A stretch of 32,075 nucleotides of DNA from Minisyncoccia bacterium (GCA_046293175.1 JBKBPM010000002.1:224428-256502), one strand, 5' to 3'; counted from the first letter of the stretch, positions 7,121 to 15,804 are shown. A program made the numbers and translations. The notes: a model not told the origin generated them from the sequence alone.

Positions 7121-8045
7121 AATCAAAGATCTTAATGAGGTATTCATCGATTTTGCGTTGGTCCCAATCGTAAAAGTGTGCATCATCGCGTTTGAGGTCA
7201 CTAGCCAAATCTCTACCCACAAAACGCCAGTGCCAAGGTTCGTAGACGTAGTACGCGTTGCCTTCTGGGTACGAGAGGGTAAAACCATACTTGTGGGCGT
7301 TCTCCTTGAGCCAGGCATAGGCTTCGGTCCCACCAAAGCCACTAAGCGAACCCCCAAGGTCTGGGGTTGAAAAATCGAGAGTGGTACCGAGTTGGTGCTC
7401 TGAATAGCCCTGGTCAGCGGAGAAGGTGTTGGCACCACTACCGTATGACTGAAGGTAAGAACCTTTGAGCTCCGCTTGCGTTTCAAACGAACGATACGCC
7501 GATACGATGGTCAGATTAATACCATCTGCCTTGGCAGCTTTGAGCATATCTTCGAGGTAAGGGAGTGCATCGGCATGGAAGTACTGTTCTTTACGTCCCG
7601 GTGCGAGGTAGGTAGTATCAATAAGCTTCAGTTTTGAAGGGACGTAGTTTTCGTTGAGGAAATAAACTTTAGAATATTTTTGGAGGAGTTCCTCGTCGGT
7701 CTTTGAAAGTTTATCGAGACGGCCAACAGTTCCAGAGATTTTCCTAATTTGTCGTTCGAAGGCCTCATTTTTGGCTTCTTCTTTGCTCAGTTTAGACATC
7801 AAGTCATCGCGTTCAAGTGTCAGGGCCGCAATGGTGCTGCTGGCAGACTCAGCTTCGGCCACTCGTAGGTCGGTTGAAGAGGCGACTTGAAGCAGAAAGA
7901 AATTTCGCTCTTCAAGCAACATCAAAATTCGTTCATGCTGCGTATAGCTATAGTAGGAGAGACCGATGAGGAGGGCGAGGAGCATGCCGGAGAGGCCGGC
8001 CAGAGCAGGGACGAGAAGGGTTTTACGGGATTTTTTTGTTTCCAT
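7119..8045 (-). CDS. D-alanyl-D-alanine carboxypeptidase, VanY/peptidase M15B family, with N-terminal membrane anchor and coiled coil
   Basis: SAYRSFETQ, YSEHQLGTTLDF and YEPWHWRFVG are the M15B zinc-ligand/catalytic motifs. The N-terminus has a TM helix (LLVPALAGLSGMLLALLIGL). ATG 8045 is preferred over the listed TTG 8069. Confidence 0.85.
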   Translation of the reverse strand: METKKSRKTLLVPALAGLSGMLLALLIGLSYYSYTQHERILMLLEERNFFLLQVASSTDLRVAEAESASSTIAALTLERDDLMSKLSKEEAKNEAFERQIRKISGTVGRLDKLSKTDEELLQKYSKVYFLNENYVPSKLKLIDTTYLAPGRKEQYFHADALPYLEDMLKAAKADGINLTIVSAYRSFETQAELKGSYLQSYGSGANTFSADQGYSEHQLGTTLDFSTPDLGGSLSGFGGTEAYAWLKENAHKYGFTLSYPEGNAYYVYEPWHWRFVGRDLASDLKRDDAHFYDWDQRKIDEYLIKIFD

Positions 8046-8073
8046 AAGTCGTATTGTAGCATAGATCAATGGC

Positions 8074-8102
8074 TTGAATCATTGCTTACTTTGTGGTATT
8101 GT
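8074..8102 (+). promoter_or_regulatory. Promoter of the rpsF-ssb-rpsR cluster
   Basis: TTGAAT (8074-8079), 17-nt spacer, TGgTATTGT (extended -10, hexamer at 8097-8102). This leaves a ~60-nt leader containing the hairpin ggtatc/gatacc. Confidence 0.45.
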
Positions 8103-8167
8103 TCTGCCGTTATTAGAAGGCGGTCCTGGTGGGTATCTTGATACCAATTTGGACCAAACAATTACAT

Positions 8168-8674
8168 ATGAACGATACAAACATGCCAGTTACCGAGGCA
8201 GAGCGTGAGCTAGTGGCTTACGAACTCGCCTACCACGTACTTCCAACGGTAGCTGAAGGGGAAGTAGATAGTATTGAAGCCGAAGTAAAAGCGTTTATTA
8301 CTAAGGCCGGCGGTCAGATTTTTGACGAAGAGATGGCTCAGCGATTCGAACTTGCGTACGAAATCGAAAAGTATCTCGAAGGTCGTTACCGTCGTTTCAG
8401 TAGTGCTTACTTTGGTTGGATTCGTTTCCGCCTTGACCCACAGGCACTCGCAACCGTAAACGAAGAAGTGGCGGCTCACAAAGCGATGCTTCGTACCCTT
8501 ACCATCCGTCTCACGAAAACCGAAGAAGAAAACCCATTCCGCTTCCACGACTCACTGGCTGACCTCAAAACTCGTAATGTCACTATTACCGACGAAGAGG
8601 TAGTCGAAGCAGAAGGAGTGGCTGAAGCTGAAGTGGAAGAGGGTGACGAAAAAATTGAAGAAGTGGTAAAATAG
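8168..8674 (+). CDS. rpsF: 30S ribosomal protein S6 with acidic C-terminal tail
   Basis: YELAYHVLP...QRFELAYEIEK...YFGWIRFRLDPQALATVNEEV...MLRTLTIRL aligns by eye with S6. The start is uncertain (ATG 8168 or 8183; the listed 8129 is less likely). Confidence 0.85.
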   Translation: MNDTNMPVTEAERELVAYELAYHVLPTVAEGEVDSIEAEVKAFITKAGGQIFDEEMAQRFELAYEIEKYLEGRYRRFSSAYFGWIRFRLDPQALATVNEEVAAHKAMLRTLTIRLTKTEEENPFRFHDSLADLKTRNVTITDEEVVEAEGVAEAEVEEGDEKIEEVVK

Positions 8675-8703
8675 TCAAAACTATCCAATAACCACATTTT
8701 CGT

Positions 8704-9147
8704 ATGTACCTTAACAAAGCAATGATTTTTGGGAACTTGACCCGCGATCCAGAAATGAAGGCTCTCCCGAGCGGTATGCAGGTTTGTTCGTTCTCAGTCG
8801 CGACCAACCGCACCTACACCGACCGTGATGGCAAGAAGCAGGAATCGGTTGATTACCACAACGTAGTAGCGTTTGGAAAGCAGGCAGAAGTTATCGGCAA
8901 GTATCTCGCTAAAGGACGAGGTATCTACGTCGAAGGACGCATGCAGACTCGCAGTTGGGAAAAAGACGGTCAAAAGCAGTACCGTACCGAAATCATTATG
9001 GATCGCTTTGAATTTGGTCCAAACAGTGGTGGTTCGAGTGCACCGGCTGGAAATACCGCCAATGCAAACTCATCACAGCAGCAGGGAGCACCGATTCTTC
9101 CAGACTACCCAGAAGAGGAAATTAACCCAGAGGACATCCCTTTCTAA
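8704..9147 (+). CDS. ssb: Single-stranded DNA-binding protein
   Basis: OB-fold N-terminus MIFGNLTRDPEM...YHNVVAFGKQAEV...GIYVEGRMQTRSWE, a G/Q/N-rich linker, and the acidic tip EDIPF. Confidence 0.92.
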   Translation: MYLNKAMIFGNLTRDPEMKALPSGMQVCSFSVATNRTYTDRDGKKQESVDYHNVVAFGKQAEVIGKYLAKGRGIYVEGRMQTRSWEKDGQKQYRTEIIMDRFEFGPNSGGSSAPAGNTANANSSQQQGAPILPDYPEEEINPEDIPF

Positions 9148-9312
9148 TTTTAGAAACTGGATGTAAGGAATCTACTTTATTGCAGTTCAGTCAAATAACA
9201 GTCAACGTACTACCTGTACGCCTCCCGTTATTTGCTTCCTGCGCCTTGTATCTTCCTCACTCCACTTCCTAAAATACTCCTGAATACTCATTATTAGACT
9301 CACAAACACATT

Positions 9313-9525
9313 ATGGAACAAGCAGAACGACACAACATTCACAAGAAGGCCAAGATGGAACACATCGACTACAAGGATATCGTTAGTCTCGGTCACCACG
9401 TGAACCCACACGCACGTATGAACAGTCGCAAGCGCACTGGTTTTGGTGCCAAGCAGCAGCGAGACTTTGCAAATGCAATCAAGCGTGCACGCTTCATGGC
9501 GCTCATGCCATACATCTCTCACTAA
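9313..9525 (+). CDS. rpsR: 30S ribosomal protein S18
   Basis: IDYKDIVSL...RKRTGFGAKQQRDFANAIKRARFMALMPY is a typical S18 core. Confidence 0.9.
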   Translation: MEQAERHNIHKKAKMEHIDYKDIVSLGHHVNPHARMNSRKRTGFGAKQQRDFANAIKRARFMALMPYISH

Positions 9526-9539
9526 AGAGAGGGAGGTAA

Positions 9540-9582
9540 CAAAAGTGGCGGCCCCTATAAGGGCCGCCGCTTTTGTGTGTAT
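9540..9582 (+). terminator. Intrinsic terminator
   Basis: caaaagtggcggccc pairs with gggccgccgcttttg (one G-U), loop ctataa, then a T-rich tail. Confidence 0.75.
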
Positions 9583-9653
9583 ATGCTCAATTTGTCTTTT
9601 TTTGGTGTATACTAATATATAAATTGGTCTTCTGTTCCTGGGAGGGGTGAGCT

Positions 9654-9821
9654 ATGGGAGCAATTTTGTTTGCTATGAGTGTCGCGTTAGTGGTTACGGT
9701 GTACCTCATCATAGGTGGGATGACGCCGTCATTAGCCATATGGGCATACCCTGTGACCGGCGTCATCACGCTACTGCTCTTTGCGGTTGCTAATTGGGCA
9801 ACCTCCAAGAAAAAACCATAG
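9654..9821 (+). CDS. Small (55 aa) two-TM membrane protein, absent from the ORF track (below its length cut-off)
   Basis: GGAGGGG (9641-9647) lies 6 nt upstream of ATG 9654. Translation: MGAILFAMSVALVVTVYLIIGGMTPSLAIWAYPVTGVITLLLFAVANWATSKKKP, stop TAG 9819-9821, with a hairpin terminator after it. The competing 116-aa minus-strand ORF 9587..9937 overlaps efp and has no such signals. Confidence 0.55.
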   Translation: MGAILFAMSVALVVTVYLIIGGMTPSLAIWAYPVTGVITLLLFAVANWATSKKKP

Positions 9822-9824
9822 AAA

Positions 9825-9858
9825 AGACCGAGCGCAAGCTCGGTCTTCTCTGATTTTT
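9825..9858. terminator. Hairpin terminator between the small ORF and efp
   Basis: agaccgagc (9825-9833) pairs with gctcggtct (9838-9846), loop gcaa. The T-run at 9854-9858 is slightly distal. Confidence 0.5.
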
Positions 9859-9869
9859 GGTATGCGATA

Positions 9870-10445
9870 TTACGCCTTTTCGACTCGTTCTGAGTAAGCA
9901 CCATCTTCGGTATTGACTGATACAATATCGCCTTCATTGATGAACATTGGCACCATAAGCATGGCTCCTGTTTCGAGCTTTACCTCCTTAAGTGCTCCAC
10001 CTGAAGAATTACCCTTCACGGCGTCTGCGGCCTCTACTACTTTTAGGTCAACTTTGATAGGGAATTTAAGTCCAATCACCTCGTCATCAAATAGAAGTGC
10101 CTGGATCTCGCTACGGTCTTTAAGGAATTTGCCTTGGTCACCGACAAAATCATCTGTGAGCATAAAGCGCTCACTCGGCTTTCCGGTTTCATGGAACCAG
10201 TACTCATTGCCTTTGCGGTAGATGAAGGTCACCATCTTGGTCTCGAGATCAGCTTCTTCTGCAGTTTCGTTTACGTGGAAGGTGTTTTCTACCACCCGAC
10301 CGGTTTTAATGTTCTTGAGCTTCGTAATATTGACCGGCTTACGCTGCTGCTTGCGGAACACGTGGTGAGAAATCACGAGATACGGTTCATCATTAAAAAG
10401 GATGACCTTTTTGGGAGTAATTTCGTTGTAAGAGAGGATAGCCAC
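9870..10445 (-). CDS. efp: Translation elongation factor P
   Basis: Full-length gapless similarity by eye to E. coli and B. subtilis EF-P (EPY..V, TKLKN.KTGRVVENTF, VVEA...KGNSSGG..K...ETGA...VP.FINEGD). GTG start. Confidence 0.92.
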   Translation of the reverse strand: MAILSYNEITPKKVILFNDEPYLVISHHVFRKQQRKPVNITKLKNIKTGRVVENTFHVNETAEEADLETKMVTFIYRKGNEYWFHETGKPSERFMLTDDFVGDQGKFLKDRSEIQALLFDDEVIGLKFPIKVDLKVVEAADAVKGNSSGGALKEVKLETGAMLMVPMFINEGDIVSVNTEDGAYSERVEKA

Positions 10446-10549
10446 AGAGATTTTGTTAGATTTGTAACGCTACTTTATACCAGAATTACACCGCAAAAGC
10501 AAAGGTTTGTACAACACCAAAAAGGTAATTTTGGTGGTACTATAGAGAT

Positions 10550-11140
10550 ATGCAGTGGTTTTCTTCTACCGACGACGCCCGTGAATTGCCTGACGAAGAG
10601 CTCCTTATACGCTCAAATAGCCAACCCTGGCTCTTTGCAGTGTTGCTCGACCGCTACGAGGCTGCCTTTATGCGGCGTGCCATTGCTATTATTCGGGATG
10701 AGCGGGATGCCGAAGAGATAGTGCAAGACACTTTTACGAAGATTTATCTCCATGCGGCCAGCTTCCGTCCCCAAGAAGGGGCCAAGTTCTCATCTTGGGC
10801 CTACCGAATCCTCCTTAATACGAGCTATACATATTATGTAAAACGACGAAAGTTAGGGGAGCGGGTAACTGCTCTTGACCCCGAGTTTGAAGCCTTTGTG
10901 GCTGATAAGGGACAGGATCCAGAGCGGAGCGTTGATCGTGATGTCGTCGATCGGATCCTCTCCCGAATTCCAGGCCATTTTGCGCAGGTGCTGCGGCTCC
11001 ATTATCTGGAGCGCTGGAGTCAGGAGGATATCGCCAATCTCACTGGGGAAGAGGTGGGGACGGTCAAAGCCCGGGTGCATCGAGCCAAAGCCGCCTTTCG
11101 TAAGGCTGTTCTGCCCGGGGAAATCGAACCCACACTGTAA
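10550..11140 (+). CDS. ECF-type (group 4) sigma-70 family factor
   Basis: Region 2 (ERDAEEIVQDTFTKIYLHAASF, SSWAYRILLNT) and region 4 HTH (SQEDIANLTGEEVGTVKARVHRAKAAFRK). TGgTACTAT (10535-10543) ends 6 nt before the ATG, so the mRNA is probably leaderless. Confidence 0.85.
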   Translation: MQWFSSTDDARELPDEELLIRSNSQPWLFAVLLDRYEAAFMRRAIAIIRDERDAEEIVQDTFTKIYLHAASFRPQEGAKFSSWAYRILLNTSYTYYVKRRKLGERVTALDPEFEAFVADKGQDPERSVDRDVVDRILSRIPGHFAQVLRLHYLERWSQEDIANLTGEEVGTVKARVHRAKAAFRKAVLPGEIEPTL

Positions 11141-11173
11141 CTTTTTTTACTACATCGTTGTTACAATTACTGT

Positions 11174-11524
11174 ATGGAAACACTACAAACGGAGTTTGCT
11201 AAAAGTCGCCGCCTCCGCCGCGCTGTCATGCGTCGGGTGTGGTATGTATTTGCGCTCAGTATTGTGTTGCGGCCAGCCATGCTCCTCGGAGCTATCTTTG
11301 GAGCGAGCGCCATTGCGTTTTGGAAGCTCGTCTCAATTACGAGTATAGTCGAGAACTTCCTCCAGGTAGAAGTAGGGCGTTTGCCGACCTACGTGAGTGC
11401 CGCCCTCCTGCAGGCTGATACCGCTGCACTCTTAGCCTTCCTTGGTCTCACCATTGTGGCTTTGATTGTGGTTGGGCAGATGGTCGCGATATTGATTGGT
11501 ACCTATCGCATGCGGACGACCTAA
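11174..11524 (+). CDS. Membrane protein downstream of the sigma factor (possible anti-sigma factor, no ZAS motif)
   Basis: A basic N-terminus (KSRRLRRAVMRR) followed by three hydrophobic segments. The anti-sigma role is inferred from position alone. Confidence 0.6.
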   Translation: METLQTEFAKSRRLRRAVMRRVWYVFALSIVLRPAMLLGAIFGASAIAFWKLVSITSIVENFLQVEVGRLPTYVSAALLQADTAALLAFLGLTIVALIVVGQMVAILIGTYRMRTT

Positions 11525-11544
11525 GAACCTAGAGTTGCACACAA

Positions 11545-11590
11545 AACAAAACCGCGCTGGTCCCCAGGAACCAGCGCGGTTTTGTTCTAG
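11545..11590. terminator. Bidirectional intrinsic terminator
   Basis: aacaaaaccgcgctggt (11545-11561) pairs with accagcgcggttttgtt (11570-11586). Both strands are T-rich after the stem. Confidence 0.75.
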
Positions 11591-11625
11591 AGATATTTTT
11601 TGAAAAGTGATGTCAAAAAGGCGTA

Positions 11626-11706
11626 AGACGAGGCGCGCGATTGAGGAAAGGTGAGACGTATATAGACATACGTTGAGCATTTCCGAATGAAGTGCAACAA
11701 AGTATA
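11626..11706. repeat. 81-nt dispersed intergenic repeat, copy A (just 3' of recA)
   Basis: A gapless hand alignment with 13274-13354 gives 61/81 identical positions, including AGACGAGGCG at one end and CAACAAnGTATA at the other. Confidence 0.6.
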
Positions 11707-11724
11707 ACGGTTTTTTGGCGCACT

Positions 11725-12816
11725 TTATTCGTCGCTACCACCAGTGGCTTTTTCTTCTTTGAGGGATTTACGAACATGTTTCAATAGTTCGTTCTTCACC
11801 TTTGCATTTTCGCGCAGGAAGGTACGAGCTGCATCATAACCACGGCCGAGCTTTACTTCACTTGAGTCATCGCCTCCCGGGGGATTAAAGGTGTATGAAG
11901 AGCCGGACTTGGTGACGTATTTGTACTTTTCACCAAGGGCGAGGAGTTCACCTTCAAGGGAGATACCTTCGTTGTAGATGAGATCAAATTCAGTTGCCTT
12001 AAATGGGGCAGCGACTTTGTTCTTTACGACCTTCACGCGGTGACGTCCACCAACCACTTCTTCACCTTTTTTAATCTGGGCAATCCGGCGGATATCGAGG
12101 CGAACTGACGTGTAGAACTTGAGCGCCTTTCCGCCTGGAGTAGTTTCTGGGTTACCGAACATGACACCCACCTGCATACGAATCTGGTTAATGAAGATCA
12201 CCACCGTCTTACTCTTCGCCACAATACCGGTGAGCTTACGGAGTGCCTGACTCATGAGGCGAGCTTGCTTACCCACATGGTGGGCACCCATTTCACCTTC
12301 GATTTCATCGCGGGGAGTAAGTGCTGCAACCGAGTCGATAACAATTACGTCGATCTTACCTGAGCGGACGAGGGACTCGACAATCTCGAGTGCTTGCTCG
12401 CCGTTGTCTGGCTGTGAGATAAGAAGTTCGTTAAGTTTTACACCGAGATTTTTCGCGTACTCTGGGTCCATCGCGTGTTCGGCATCGATAAAAGCGCAGA
12501 TACCACCAGCCTTTTGCGCTTCGGCAATAGCGTGGAGCGAGAGGGTAGTCTTACCTGATGATTCTGGTCCGTAGATTTCGATAATACGCCCGCGTGGGTA
12601 CCCACCGATGCCAAGTGCTTCATCAAGACCAATTGATCCAGACGGAACTGCATCAACATCCACCTTGCGACTATCACTGAGGGTCATAATCGCTTCCTCA
12701 CCGAACTTGGTCTTGAGGCTACGCAGTGTTTCGGCGATATCAGCGAGACCACTTTGCTTGTCAGTAGCAGGGGTACCAATAGTCTTTAGGGTTTTGGCAG
12801 CTTTTTTTGGTTTCAT
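11725..12816 (-). CDS. recA: Recombinase RecA
   Basis: [17 protein letters not shown] (Walker A), [10 protein letters not shown], and the [28 protein letters not shown] loop L2 region. Confidence 0.95.
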   Translation of the reverse strand: MKPKKAAKTLKTIGTPATDKQSGLADIAETLRSLKTKFGEEAIMTLSDSRKVDVDAVPSGSIGLDEALGIGGYPRGRIIEIYGPESSGKTTLSLHAIAEAQKAGGICAFIDAEHAMDPEYAKNLGVKLNELLISQPDNGEQALEIVESLVRSGKIDVIVIDSVAALTPRDEIEGEMGAHHVGKQARLMSQALRKLTGIVAKSKTVVIFINQIRMQVGVMFGNPETTPGGKALKFYTSVRLDIRRIAQIKKGEEVVGGRHRVKVVKNKVAAPFKATEFDLIYNEGISLEGELLALGEKYKYVTKSGSSYTFNPPGGDDSSEVKLGRGYDAARTFLRENAKVKNELLKHVRKSLKEEKATGGSDE

Positions 12817-12834
12817 ATACAGGAATTGAATGAA

Positions 12835-13218
12835 TTAATTTTGCACCAGAGAAGCGGGAGTATACATAAACGGCCGTTCGAGCTTGGTGATGCGCCCATA
12901 GCGATCCGTCGCTGCAATGGTAGCTATAGTATACCCGTTTTCGAGGATAAGTGCCTCTTTGAAGTGCCCAGCTGGGTCAGTAAATATCTGTCGGCCATTA
13001 AGTGAGAGGCTGGTGATATTGGCTACGGTGCCCTCGAGTATCACTACCCGGTCATTATGGACTCGAGCAGGCTCTTCCGTTAGTTCGATGCGGGGTCCCG
13101 CAATGAGGAAACGGGCTTGCCAGAGGATATAGAGCACCAAGAGCAAGAGAAAACAGACAACAAGAGCACTCTTGACGAGGGTGCGGAAGGTGAAGCGGGG
13201 TAACGTAACGGGTGCCAT
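12835..13218 (-). CDS. Hypothetical membrane-anchored protein, co-transcribed with recA
   Basis: 127 aa with an N-terminal TM helix (ALVVCFLLLLVLYILW), then a beta-rich domain. There are 18 nt between its stop and the recA start. Confidence 0.7.
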   Translation of the reverse strand: MAPVTLPRFTFRTLVKSALVVCFLLLLVLYILWQARFLIAGPRIELTEEPARVHNDRVVILEGTVANITSLSLNGRQIFTDPAGHFKEALILENGYTIATIAATDRYGRITKLERPFMYTPASLVQN

Positions 13219-13235
13219 AAATGCCTTATTTAATT

Positions 13236-13264
13236 AGTATAGGTGTTAATAAGAGTGTGGTCAA
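13236..13264 (-). promoter_or_regulatory. Sigma70-like promoter of the 13218-recA operon
   Basis: The minus strand reads TTGACC (13264-13259), 17-nt spacer, TATACT (13241-13236), about 18 nt before the ATG at 13218. Confidence 0.5.
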
Positions 13265-13273
13265 AATACTGTC

Positions 13274-13354
13274 AGACGAGGCGTGCGAGCGAGAAAGTAT
13301 GAGGCGTATTTTGATATACGATGAGTGTTTTCGAGCGAAGCACAACAATGTATA
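13274..13354. repeat. 81-nt dispersed intergenic repeat, copy B (just 3' of ftsK)
   Basis: See copy A. It has the same orientation and the same position relative to the stop codon of a minus-strand gene. Confidence 0.6.
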
Positions 13355-13372
13355 GAGCATTTTGAACATACT

Positions 13373-15604
13373 CTAGAAGGTATCGCGGCGATTATCATCT
13401 TCGTCACTCGTATCACCAAGGTCAGCATCGCCACCAATCAGTACCTGGCGGGGCTTGGCACCATCGGCCGGGCCAATCACTCCTTTTTCTTCAAGCAGGT
13501 CCATGAGCCGAGCGGCACGAGAGTACCCAACGCGGAGCTTGCGCTGGATATATGAGGTTGAGGCCTTACCGGCTTCCATTACGGCTTGCTTGGCCTCTTC
13601 GTAGAGGTCGTCATCGTCGTTACTATCGTCTTCGTTGAGCATCCCGATGAAGCTATCGCCGGTGCCACCAGACTTCTCGTCGAGATTAATTGAATCAAGC
13701 GATTGGGCTTCGGCCTGAGCCTTGAGGTAGGCGACCACATTTTTGGTCTCATCTTCCGAGATGAAAGCTGATTGGAGGCGGATTGGCTTCGGTGAATCAC
13801 TTGAGAGGAAGAGCATGTCACCGCGACCAAGAAGCTTTTCGGCCCCAATTTGGTCAAGAATGGTACGTGAGTCGATTTGAGACGCGACGTTAAGGGCGAG
13901 TCGAGTCGGGATGTTGGCCTTAATGGTACCAGTGATGACGTTTACACTCGGACGTTGAGTCGCGAGGATAAGGTGAATACCAACCGCACGACTCATCTGG
14001 GCGAGGCGGACAATCAACGCTTCGAGTTCTCGTGGGTAGGCGAGCATGAGATCTGCGAGCTCGTCCATCACAATGACGATGTACGGAAGTGGTTCTGGGA
14101 GCTCGGCCCGGGTTTCTTCCTGTGAACCGGCATCCTCCCAAGCCTTCTTGGCGGGTTGGTAAATATTAGTGTGGTACGAGTCGAGGTTCTGAATCTTCTT
14201 ACTCTGGAGAATATCGTATCTTCGTTCCATTTCCTTGACGGCCCACTTGAGCATGAGGAGCGTCTTCTTAGCATCGGTAATCACCGACGTGAGGAGGTGC
14301 GGGATACCTTCATATAGGGTGAGTTCTACGCGCTTTGGGTCAACCATGAGGAGACGGAGCTGATCCGGTGAATTGCGGAAGAGGAGGGACACCACAATAT
14401 TATGGATCATGATGGACTTACCCGAACCAGTGGTACCGGCAATCAGCGCGTGCGGCATACGGGCAATGTTTGCGAAGTGAGCATGACCAGTCACATCTTT
14501 ACCAAGTGCCACGAGGAGTGGGTGTGGTGAGTCGGTGTACTCAGGGGTCTTGAGGAGCGACGCGAGTCCGACTGTCGCTCGTTGGAGGTTCGGGATTTCG
14601 ATACCGACAAGTGACTTCCCAGGGATCGGCGCCTCGATACGTAAGGCACTCGTCGAGAGGTTCAATTGGAGCTCTTGTTGGAGTCCAACGATACGGGCGA
14701 TCTTCACCCCTTGAGCGGGCTTCAAAGCATAGCGGGTGATGGTCGGTCCGACCTCAACAGCGTCCATCTCCACGTTAATACCGAATTCCTTGAGGGTACG
14801 TTTGATGATGTTGGCGTTCGCCTTCACGTCGCCGGTTTGCGCTTTACCAGTATCCTTCTTTAAGAGTGAGAGAGACGGTGGGGCATACTGACCACGGAAG
14901 GTGCCGACGACGAAGTCGCCACTCTTACCCCCGAGGCCAAGTGATTCTTTGGCGGCAGCCACGAGTGGTCGCTTAGCTGGTTCGTCGGCGTCAGCAGTAG
15001 CTTCGTCTTCATCTTCGGTGTGCTTGCCACCTTTGCGACCAGCTTCCACTTCGTCATCAAGTGGGATGTCCAGATTTTCGATGTCACTATCGTCGTCGTA
15101 ATCAAACTCCTTCTTCTTCGGGAGGTGGAGTCCGGTATTAAAGAAGAGGAAGATACTAATGAGTGCCAGTCCAAAGAGGATGACGCCAGCGAGTACGCCA
15201 CCGAGGAGTGAGGACAGCGGCCAGAGGAGCGCGAGACCGGCGTAGCCACCAAGGCCATCGCTCGTGTGCTCGAGGAGTCCCAAGACCGCGAGGAAGAAGA
15301 GGATGATACCAAACACCTTTGGACGACTAATATGGTTGTCGTCTTTAGGGTTGAGGAGAATGTACACAAAAAAGGCACAGGCCAGCGGCGAGAGATACGC
15401 CCCTGCACCAAAGAGTGAATCAAGTGTAATGAAGGTGTAGTGTCCGAGTGGGCCACTCATATCAAAGATAGCCGCGAGGAAAAAGACACCCACAATAGCC
15501 ACGAGGACCGCCCAGATGGCCTGCTTCGCTTGGGGTGAGAGGTCGTCAAAAAATGATGATCGTTCAACAATGATTTCTTTCGGTGGTGATTTCTTTTTAG
15601 CCAT
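13373..15604 (-). CDS. ftsK: DNA translocase FtsK/SpoIIIE
   Basis: N-terminal multi-TM region, an acidic linker, the motor domain with AGTTGSGKS (Walker A) and VIVMDELADL (Walker B), and a C-terminal gamma wHTH (SYIQRKLRVGYSRAARLMDLLEEKGVIG). Confidence 0.93.
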   Translation of the reverse strand: MAKKKSPPKEIIVERSSFFDDLSPQAKQAIWAVLVAIVGVFFLAAIFDMSGPLGHYTFITLDSLFGAGAYLSPLACAFFVYILLNPKDDNHISRPKVFGIILFFLAVLGLLEHTSDGLGGYAGLALLWPLSSLLGGVLAGVILFGLALISIFLFFNTGLHLPKKKEFDYDDDSDIENLDIPLDDEVEAGRKGGKHTEDEDEATADADEPAKRPLVAAAKESLGLGGKSGDFVVGTFRGQYAPPSLSLLKKDTGKAQTGDVKANANIIKRTLKEFGINVEMDAVEVGPTITRYALKPAQGVKIARIVGLQQELQLNLSTSALRIEAPIPGKSLVGIEIPNLQRATVGLASLLKTPEYTDSPHPLLVALGKDVTGHAHFANIARMPHALIAGTTGSGKSIMIHNIVVSLLFRNSPDQLRLLMVDPKRVELTLYEGIPHLLTSVITDAKKTLLMLKWAVKEMERRYDILQSKKIQNLDSYHTNIYQPAKKAWEDAGSQEETRAELPEPLPYIVIVMDELADLMLAYPRELEALIVRLAQMSRAVGIHLILATQRPSVNVITGTIKANIPTRLALNVASQIDSRTILDQIGAEKLLGRGDMLFLSSDSPKPIRLQSAFISEDETKNVVAYLKAQAEAQSLDSINLDEKSGGTGDSFIGMLNEDDSNDDDDLYEEAKQAVMEAGKASTSYIQRKLRVGYSRAARLMDLLEEKGVIGPADGAKPRQVLIGGDADLGDTSDEDDNRRDTF

Positions 15605-15804
15605 ATACTACACAGTCAAATATGCCCCTATCATACCACGATGAGCTTTTTAGTACTTGTGGAATGATAATCCGAGACATTCTCAATACGACATGTTTTG
15701 ACAAAGACACAACTTGTACAAAAGACACAGGCTTTGTACCATAGAAGTACTACCTGTCGTATAAGTGTCGTTTAGTCGGAGAGGTAGTCTAATAAAAGAC
15801 AGTC

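Noticed and set aside
9148-9312. Pyrimidine-rich 165-nt spacer between ssb and rpsR as a possible regulatory RNA
   Set aside because: Only a weak TAAAAT-like box is present, with no convincing hairpins or repeats. It is noted as unusual spacing for an rpsF-ssb-rpsR cluster, but there is nothing I can support.
9587-9937. 116-aa minus-strand ORF
   Set aside because: It overlaps the 3' end of efp and spans two terminator hairpins. The plus-strand 55-aa ORF with a strong SD explains the region better.
10134-10721. 195-aa plus-strand ORF
   Set aside because: It is antisense to efp over most of its length and overlaps the sigma-factor start in another frame.
11610-11654. Mini-ORFs in the 81-nt repeats (MSKRRKTRRAIEER in copy A, a similar ..QTRRASEKV in copy B)
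   Set aside because: The peptide similarity simply follows from the DNA repeat. Copy B has only a weak GTG start, there is no SD, and the lengths are 14-15 aa.
14860-15456. 198-aa ORF, same strand as ftsK, plus other internal ORFs in 13579-15211
   Set aside because: These are alternative frames inside ftsK. They have S/R/P-rich low-complexity translations, while ftsK itself is well supported.
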